Assembly (NCBI GenBank): GCA_051294375.1
Contig: CM119270.1
Coordinates: forward strand, 21,775,917-21,809,309
Length of the DNA: 33,393 bases
Direction of reading: 5' to 3'
From: Paraspadella gotoi
Taxonomy: Eukaryota; Animalia; Chaetognatha
Positions 27,168 through 33,393 of this stretch are shown in pieces (positions within the stretch are counted from its first letter, which is position 1; each line of letters opens with the position of its first letter). The notes under the pieces are model-generated. The model saw only the letters and a list, made by a program, of their open reading frames with translations. It ran no database searches and was not told the origin of the DNA. Made by a program: the position numbers and the translations under genes.

Positions 27168-27348
27168 AGCGAACAACACCAAGCCAACCTTCAAGTGGAG
27201 AACCCGGCGGAACCCTACCTTTTCCAAGGTGAGATTGGGTGAGGGAGTTGGGGATTAGTTGAGTTGCCATCCAATCTTCTCACACTCCTCCCTTTGTTCT
27301 CCCGTTCCCCCACTTCTCCACGACAACTCAACGGAGTCAAAGACGTCA

Positions 27349-28461
27349 ATGAGCGGCTCCGACCTCCGCTCGCGCCTCCGTTCCGCCCAACGCGACGCCG
27401 CGATTGAAGATCAGCAGAACGAGGCCATCAGACTGCAAGTTCCGTTCGGATTTGGAAGAGGACAGCGCTCGAGGTCCATATCACCGGCGTCAATCGACGC
27501 CACCCTCGCCTTCAACTTCCAAGCGAACGGCGTCAGAGAGTTCGAGGACGCCCTTGAGGACGCCGACATGGCGACAAGTCAACCGACCACCGGCGCCAAC
27601 TCTCGCGATTTGCGCGATGAAAACGATGAACTTCGCGCCGCTCTTGCCGCGGCAACGCGAGCTCTCGAACGAGCTTCAAATCGGAAACCAGACTTGCCGG
27701 ATTTCGACTCCGGCAATATCGAAATCTGGATTAAAAGAGTCGAAGCTGCCTACACGAGAGCCGGCATCGTCAATCCAAAGAATAAATTTGCGCATTTGGA
27801 ATCGAAAATTGGCGTTAACCTCGATCCCACGATCAATCAATACTTGTATGGAGACACCACTGAGGCAACATGGAACCAATTCATTGACTACTTGCGAAAA
27901 GAGTACGGCCTCACTCGTCGCCAACAGGCCGCAAACATCTTGGACAATCTAGACGCCGACGGCAACAAGCCGTCAAAGATGTTGGCCCAGCTGGTAGAGA
28001 AAACGAAAACATTGACCATCGACGACATAAGAAAAGAAAAAATTCTCCGCGAGCTCCCAAACGAGATCCGACGCCAGCTGGAAGAGAAAGCTGACGACCT
28101 GACAGCCAGTGAGCTGTGCCAACTGGCTGACCGCCATTATGACAACGAGGGAAATCTAAAAATTCGCCAATCTTCCTCGCTGATCAACAACGTCGATCAC
28201 GATCGCCGAGAACAACTCGATTCCGACTCGGACGACGGCGACACTGTCAACGCGATCGACAACCGCTCTCGCAAACCTGCCAACGGCAAACGGCGTCAGC
28301 AACCAGCCTCGAAGGGCAAAAGTAAACCGAAGCTGGTAACTCTCTGCGCAAAACACGTGAAATTCGGCGAGGAAGCCTGGTCCTGTGACCCGGGCTGCTC
28401 GAAATATGAAGAAATACAGAGAAAGAAAGAGGGAAACGCCAAAGGGGGACGCCGGCGGTGA
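27349..28461 (+). CDS. gag: Gag protein (about 370 aa from first ATG)
   Basis: Open frame 27259-28461 with first ATG at 27349. LPDFDSGNIEIWIKRVEAAY...KNKF and GNKPSKML resemble CsRn1-type capsid motifs. C-terminal CAKHVKFGEEAWSCDPGC is Cx2Hx9Cx3C (28345-28398). Confidence 0.92.
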   Translation: MSGSDLRSRLRSAQRDAAIEDQQNEAIRLQVPFGFGRGQRSRSISPASIDATLAFNFQANGVREFEDALEDADMATSQPTTGANSRDLRDENDELRAALAAATRALERASNRKPDLPDFDSGNIEIWIKRVEAAYTRAGIVNPKNKFAHLESKIGVNLDPTINQYLYGDTTEATWNQFIDYLRKEYGLTRRQQAANILDNLDADGNKPSKMLAQLVEKTKTLTIDDIRKEKILRELPNEIRRQLEEKADDLTASELCQLADRHYDNEGNLKIRQSSSLINNVDHDRREQLDSDSDDGDTVNAIDNRSRKPANGKRRQQPASKGKSKPKLVTLCAKHVKFGEEAWSCDPGCSKYEEIQRKKEGNAKGGRRR

Positions 28462-28493
28462 ACGCCGTTCCCCAAGAGACAATTCGATCACCG
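28431..28493 (+). promoter_or_regulatory. -1 programmed ribosomal frameshift signal (slippery heptamer plus predicted pseudoknot)
   Basis: G GGA AAC at 28431-28437 is in the gag frame, and pol is in the -1 frame and open from there. After a 6-nt spacer, stem 1 is GGGGGACG(28444-28451)/CGTTCCCC(28466-28473) and stem 2 is CGGTGA(28456-28461)/TCACCG(28488-28493). Confidence 0.82.
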
Positions 28494-31400
28494 GCATCCA
28501 ATGACCTGCTGTTCATCCGTGACGCCGGGGACCGAACCAAGTGGCTGGTAGACGGCGGCGCCCTTCTGTCCATAGTCCCACCAACAGCTCAACAACGGAG
28601 TCGAGGACCCAATCCTTCAATGAAGCTGCAAGCAGCTAACGGGTCTCCGATAGATTGTTACGGGACAATCGAAAAAATAGTACAACTCGGCGACAGAAAA
28701 TTCGAATATCAATTCGTCGTCGCAGATGTCAAGCAAAGTATCCTGGGAGCCGACTTTTTGGCCGAGAATTTCTTGGCACCAAACCACAGAGACGGCCTCT
28801 TACTCGACCTCAAGGATTACTCGACTATAGCCGCGTCTACTTCAAAAGAAACATCAGCCCATGTAAATTTCGTTGACCGAAAGGGAGAGAAATATTACAA
28901 ACTACTTGATTCGTTCCCCTCATTATCAACTCCGACATTCGAACTTAAGTCTCCAAAGCACGGGGTGACCCACTCAATTCCTACCGAAGGCAGACCGTGC
29001 CAATCACGAGCGAGACGACTCGATCCAGAAAAACTGGCCGTTGCCAAACGCGAGTTGGAGAAAATGGTCTCCATGGGCATCGCCCAAAGGGGGAAGTCGG
29101 AGTGGTCATCCCCCCTCCACGTGGTCGCCAAACCCGATGGAGGGTGGAGATGTTGCGGCGACTATAGGCGTCTAAACGCCCAAACGGTGGAGGATCGTTA
29201 CCCAGTAAAACTACTGACAGATTTCAACGCACAACTGGAAGGGAAGACTATTTTTTCGAAAATAGATCTTTTGAAAGGATACCACCAGATTCCAGTAGAT
29301 CCAAAAGACGTCAAGAAGACAGCGGTGATCACACCGTTTGGATTATATGTGTTCCCGCGTTGCCCATTCGGGTTAAAAAACGCGGGACAGGATTTCCAGC
29401 GTTTGATGGACGAAATCCTGGGGGACATTCCCCACACATTTGTTTACCTGGATGATATACTCGTGGCTTCTTCCACACCGGAAGAACATATGCAAGACCT
29501 GGAAAGAGTTTTCAAGGCCCTCGACGAGAATGGATTAGTAGTAAACACTAAGAAGTGTTTATTGGGCCAAGACTCACTCGAGTTCCTTGGATTTCTGGTG
29601 GATAAACACGGCGTCCGCCCACTCCCTGAACGTGTCCAAACACTCAAGGAGACGACGCGTCCCACTTCAATTAAGGAGTTACAGCGATTCCTCGGTATGG
29701 TAAACTATTACCGTCGATTCATACCGAGAGTCGCTCATCGCTGTGCCCCTTTATACGAAGCTTTAAGCGGGAAACCCAAAACACTCGAATGGACAGAAGC
29801 ATGCGAGAAGGCGTTTGAGGCGATCAAGGAGGGTTTGATTTCAGCAGCCCTACTCCACCACCCTCGTACAGGAGCTCAGCTCTGCGTAACGACCGACGCC
29901 TCCGACCACGCCGTCGGCGCGGTTCTAGAACAACGAGGCCCCAAAGGCTGGGAGCCGTTGGCCTTTTTTTCGGCCAAACTGGCCAAAAATCAGAAACTGT
30001 GGCCTCCGTTCGACAAAGAATTGTATGGCGCCTTCCGAGCAGTGCGACACTTTCGACACTGGGTAGAGGGGCGAGCATTCACCCTCTACACAGACCACCA
30101 GAGCCTGGTATCAGCCATTCGAAAGAAAGCGGAGCCACAGACGATTAGACAATCATACCAATTATCTGTGATTGCCGAATTTACCACAGACGTCCGCTAT
30201 TTAAAGGGCAAAGCAAATGTAGTGGCCGACGCCCTTTCACGGCCAAACGCCTTGTCAACAACAGCACCACAAAGTGACGACACGAAAAACGAAAGGGATA
30301 CGCCTACAGATGGAACAACAACCCCAGCAATTTCTGCAGCAACTTCATCGAATTCCGCAGCAACCCCAGCAGAGAAAGAGCAGGTCGACGAGGAAAAAGA
30401 GCTTAGCATCAAACCTAACCGCCTCGAAGACGTCAACGCCGTCATCGCCTCGCTAACCAGTTACGAAATCGATTTTGAACAGATGGCGCGGGAACAGGCG
30501 TTAGATCCCGAGTTCCAAAAAATTGCAGAAGAAGCTCGAACAGGTTTAACATTCAGGAAAATAAATGTGGGCGATCAGGAATTATTCGCCGACGTATCGA
30601 ATGGCCCGGCTCGCCCGTTTGTGCCAGCAGCGTGGAGGAGAAAAATATTCGACATAATACACGGACTCGGCCACCCAGGAGTCGACGCTACTCGAAAGGC
30701 GATCTCAGCAAAGTTTGTATGGACAAATATGCGCCAGGAAGTTACTCGCTGGGCACGGGACTGTGTCGATTGCCAAAGGGCGAAAATCACAAGGCACACA
30801 GTACCCGAAATCGGGGAATTTAAGATTCCATCCCGCCGCTTCCAACACATTAATCTTGACCTCGTCAAAATGCCAAAGTCGAATGGCTACTCTCACCTCC
30901 TCACCATCGTCGATCGTTTTTCGCGATGGCCAGCGGCAATCCCAATACAAGATACTCTGACCCCAACAATTCTCGACGCTTTAAGCCTCAACTGGATCAG
31001 TATCTTCGGCACGCCATCAGTGATAACCACTGATAGGGGCAGTCAATTTAATTCTACACTGTGGAAACAACTGATGAAACTCTGGGGTATTAAACATCAA
31101 ATGACAACTGCCTATCACCCCCAGGCAAACGGCCTGGTTGAAAGGTTTCATCGACGCTTGAAAGAGTCACTCATGGCGTTAGCAAGAGAAGACAGAGAAA
31201 CATGGTTTTGGAAACTGCCACTGGCTCTGTTGGCTATTCGAACAACAGTAAAAGAAGATGTAGGAGCATCAGCCGCCGACCTGGTGTTTGGGGAAGGACT
31301 GAGTGTACCCGGCAGCATAGTCGACAACGCTCAGACAAATAACGACCTATCAAATCAACAGCGTCGACAACAACTAGCGAAACTCAGAGTCGAAATAGCC

Positions 31401-32228
31401 CGCCTCCAACCAACACCAACCTCGGCCCATCAACACCCCACAATTCACATCCCAACAAACTTAGACTCCGCGAAATACGTATTCGTCAGGAAGGCAAGCA
31501 TCCAACCGACCTTAGTCCCTCCTTACGAAGGCCCTTATAGAGTGGTGCACAGAAACGGATTAAATATCACAATCGAGATACCGAGCACTGGGCGCCAAAC
31601 CGTAAACATAGCCAGAGTCAAACCAGCATGGATAAGTGACGAAGAGCCGCAGGTGGATGATCCAGAGCCACGCGCCGCGAGAACACCAGGCCGTCGACCA
31701 GGCGGGAGAACGAGACAGCCAGCGCCATCAACTCGAATAACTCGTTCGTCAAGTCGACTCACCGCACATCCTCCTCCAATTCCGCGAGTGACTCGCTCAT
31801 CAACTCGACGCGCCGCTCAAACTCTTCCTCCTCCTCCTCCTCCTCCTCCTCCTTCACCCCCCCCTCCTTTCCCCTGTTCCTCACTTCAACCCCACCCTAC
31901 TCCCGACCCACCCCCTCCTTCCTTACGTTTTTTGCATCCTCCTTCAAATTCTCCCAGCCCTCCACGTTCAACGATTACACTCGCAGAACAAAAAGGGAAA
32001 AATGACAACAACAACAAAAATCTCGAGGAAAATGAGCCAACGTGGGAGAGATTTTCAAGACCAACTCCGGAGAACGCCTCGAATAGAAATACAACAAGGA
32101 CAAACATACGCCCGACATATGCAATAGTCCTGAAGGAGATGCTGAAGCGACAACAGACCCAGAACGACAACAACAACAACGAGACAAAGAACAATTTCCC
32201 AGAAAGCGACGTATTTACTTGTAAATAA
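28431..32228 (+). CDS. pol: Pol polyprotein (protease, reverse transcriptase, RNase H, integrase), likely expressed as Gag-Pol fusion
   Basis: Uninterrupted ORF of more than 1250 aa. PR: LVDGGA..ILGADFL. RT: WSSPLHVVAK, GDYRRLN, IDLLKGYHQ, PFGLKNA, YLDD (29445-29456). RH: TDASD, KELYG, TDHQSL, NVVADALSR. IN: HGLGHPG..CVDC, LDLV/TDRGSQF/NGLVERFHR (DDE), and the GPY/F motif YEGPYRV. Confidence 0.97.
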   Translation, partial: GKRQRGTPAVNAVPQETIRSPASNDLLFIRDAGDRTKWLVDGGALLSIVPPTAQQRSRGPNPSMKLQAANGSPIDCYGTIEKIVQLGDRKFEYQFVVADVKQSILGADFLAENFLAPNHRDGLLLDLKDYSTIAASTSKETSAHVNFVDRKGEKYYKLLDSFPSLSTPTFELKSPKHGVTHSIPTEGRPCQSRARRLDPEKLAVAKRELEKMVSMGIAQRGKSEWSSPLHVVAKPDGGWRCCGDYRRLNAQTVEDRYPVKLLTDFNAQLEGKTIFSKIDLLKGYHQIPVDPKDVKKTAVITPFGLYVFPRCPFGLKNAGQDFQRLMDEILGDIPHTFVYLDDILVASSTPEEHMQDLERVFKALDENGLVVNTKKCLLGQDSLEFLGFLVDKHGVRPLPERVQTLKETTRPTSIKELQRFLGMVNYYRRFIPRVAHRCAPLYEALSGKPKTLEWTEACEKAFEAIKEGLISAALLHHPRTGAQLCVTTDASDHAVGAVLEQRGPKGWEPLAFFSAKLAKNQKLWPPFDKELYGAFRAVRHFRHWVEGRAFTLYTDHQSLVSAIRKKAEPQTIRQSYQLSVIAEFTTDVRYLKGKANVVADALSRPNALSTTAPQSDDTKNERDTPTDGTTTPAISAATSSNSAATPAEKEQVDEEKELSIKPNRLEDVNAVIASLTSYEIDFEQMAREQALDPEFQKIAEEARTGLTFRKINVGDQELFADVSNGPARPFVPAAWRRKIFDIIHGLGHPGVDATRKAISAKFVWTNMRQEVTRWARDCVDCQRAKITRHTVPEIGEFKIPSRRFQHINLDLVKMPKSNGYSHLLTIVDRFSRWPAAIPIQDTLTPTILDALSLNWISIFGTPSVITTDRGSQFNSTLWKQLMKLWGIKHQMTTAYHPQANGLVERFHRRLKESLMALAREDRETWFWKLPLALLAIRTTVKEDVGASAADLVFGEGLSVPGSIVDNAQTNNDLSNQQRRQQLAKLRVEIARLQPTPTSAHQHPTIHIPTNLDSAKYVFVRKASIQPTLVPPYEGPYRVVHRNGLNITIEIPSTGRQTVNIARVKPAWISDEEPQVDDPEPRAARTPGRRPGGRTRQPAPSTRITRSSSRLTAHPPPIPRVTRSSTRRAAQTLPPPPPPPPPSPPPPFPCSSLQPHPTPDPPPPSLRFLHPPSNSPSPPRSTITLAEQKGKNDNNNKNLEENEPTWERFSRPTPENASNRNTTRTNIRPTYAIVLKEMLKRQQTQNDNNNNETKNNFPESDVFTCK

Positions 32229-32401
32229 TATTTTAGTAACTTTGAAATCTTTTTATATCATTTTCGAATATCTATTTTTGGGAAAGAACTATATACTCGT
32301 ATATAGAAATCTTATGATTACTTATTAATTTTACTCACATATATTATCATACTCGTGGACGACATCATTTTATGTTGACATATACTATCATATATTTCGC
32401 C

Positions 32402-32410
32402 AGGGGGGCG
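32402..32410 (+). promoter_or_regulatory. Polypurine tract
   Basis: AGGGGGGCG immediately upstream of the TGTAG that starts the 3' LTR. Confidence 0.8.
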
Positions 32411-32450
32411 TGTAGCCACTCGAGAGGATTAATTCCTAATAAAATAAATT
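32411..32450 (+). repeat. 3' LTR, first 40 bp (rest lost in 100-N gap)
   Basis: TGTAGCCACTCGAGAGGATTAATTCCTAATAAAATAAATT matches the start of the 5' LTR. Confidence 0.88.
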
Positions 32451-32864
32451 NNNNNNNNNNNNNNNNNNNNNNNNNNNNNNNNNNNNNNNNNNNNNNNNNN
32501 NNNNNNNNNNNNNNNNNNNNNNNNNNNNNNNNNNNNNNNNNNNNNNNNNNTCTCCGGCTTCACCTTCCCTTTTTCCGCTCGAACGCTTTAAAAATGACGG
32601 CGCTTGTAAAGTTTCAAAAAATTTTGAACAGATTGAATTATTAAAGTATATTAAAGGATATGTTCATTAGTGAGAAGAACACAAACTGTGTGAACGAAGA
32701 CTCACGAAATTTGTGTTAAATAAGTTTGGTTTGTGAATTGAAAATAAAGTAAAGTATAAGTAAATCGAACTTGGGATTTAGAATTTTAGACGTTTCAGAA
32801 TTCAATCACAAAAAAGTGACCAATCAACTACGAATCTAATTTTACTTTTTTTTCTCTCTTTTTT

Positions 32865-32922
<58 letters not shown>

Positions 32923-33086
32923 ACTCAGTCATGAGTTATTTGAGCAGTATTTTATTCTCTCGGATACTATTTTTACTGGGGTTCTGTTTGGCCGTAGTTG
33001 AAATTTAGAGAGAGATCAGCTGCCTTTTTTAGTTGCGCCGCGAGTACTCGCGGATCAAATCTATAAGTCACGTTTCGGTTAGTCTG

Positions 33087-33163
33087 TCGGTCGGTCGGTC
33101 GGTCGGTCGGTCGGTCGGTCGGTCGGTCGGTCGATCGGTCTGTCCGTCGGTCGGTCGGTCGGT
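33087..33163. repeat. (GGTC)n microsatellite; (CT)n nearby at about 32871-32921
   Basis: Direct inspection. Confidence 0.95.
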
Positions 33164-33393
33164 CTGTTCCACTTACATTATAAATGCTCGGCTATTGTTG
33201 GTTGCTCATTTGCTAAGACAGAAAAAAAACATCAAATCAAAGTGACTGCTAGCGCCACCTTAAGGAAATAATAAAACTATAAAACTGAAAGGGCAAAGAA
33301 AGTCGCTGCGGTGCAACGGTGGACCGATCCTTAATCACAAACGTTTCGTCCCGAACTTACGTTTTATGTGATTTTATGGCTTTTATTGTGAAA

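Larger units (their letters stand above)
26629..32450 (+). mobile_element. Ty3/gypsy LTR retrotransposon, CsRn1/Kabuki/Boudicca-like lineage; ORFs intact, 3' LTR truncated by assembly gap
   Basis: gag plus pol ORFs in PR-RT-RH-IN order. A TG-starting direct repeat occurs at 26629 and 32411, with 28 nt identical (26641-26668 = 32423-32450). A PPT precedes the second copy, and there is a PBS-like TGGTGA at 27155 and a CHCC Gag knuckle. Confidence 0.95.

Noticed and set aside
27155-27172. Self-priming by the LTR-encoded tRNA-like RNA
   Set aside because: Its CCA-added 3' end would need a PBS of TGGCGTCTTGT. The observed PBS is TGGTGAGCACGAC, and I saw no such match in the leader.
28156-32194. 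Minus-strand and alternative-frame ORFs overlapping gag/pol
   Set aside because: Short shadow ORFs of the long coding frames with no recognisable motifs.
31630-32400. env gene or chromodomain
   Set aside because: Only about 170 bp separate the pol stop from the PPT, and the tail is low-complexity with no aromatic-cage pattern.

Overview
AT-rich, microsatellite-dense eukaryotic (probably invertebrate) scaffold segment with four 25-N gaps and one 100-N gap. Parts look like unpolished long-read sequence. The only well-supported protein-coding content is an apparently intact Ty3/gypsy LTR retrotransposon of the CsRn1/Kabuki/Boudicca lineage at 26629-32450+. It has a Gag with a Cx2Hx9Cx3C knuckle, a -1 frameshift site (G GGA AAC plus a predicted pseudoknot), PR-RT-RH-IN Pol, a tRNA-Trp-like PBS, a PPT, and a 3' LTR cut by the gap. 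The most interesting observation is a 72-nt antisense tRNA-like Pol III cassette at the start of its 5' LTR: perfect acceptor and T stems, A/B boxes and a T4 terminator, but a non-decoding middle. The 10.3-25 kb region is a set of alternately oriented copies of one multi-kb unit forming two fold-backs. The copies differ by discrete indels, so they may mix real paralogues with read artefacts. A tRNA-Leu-derived SINE-like element lies in the spacer of the larger fold-back. Most short ORFs in the track are microsatellite or antisense artefacts.
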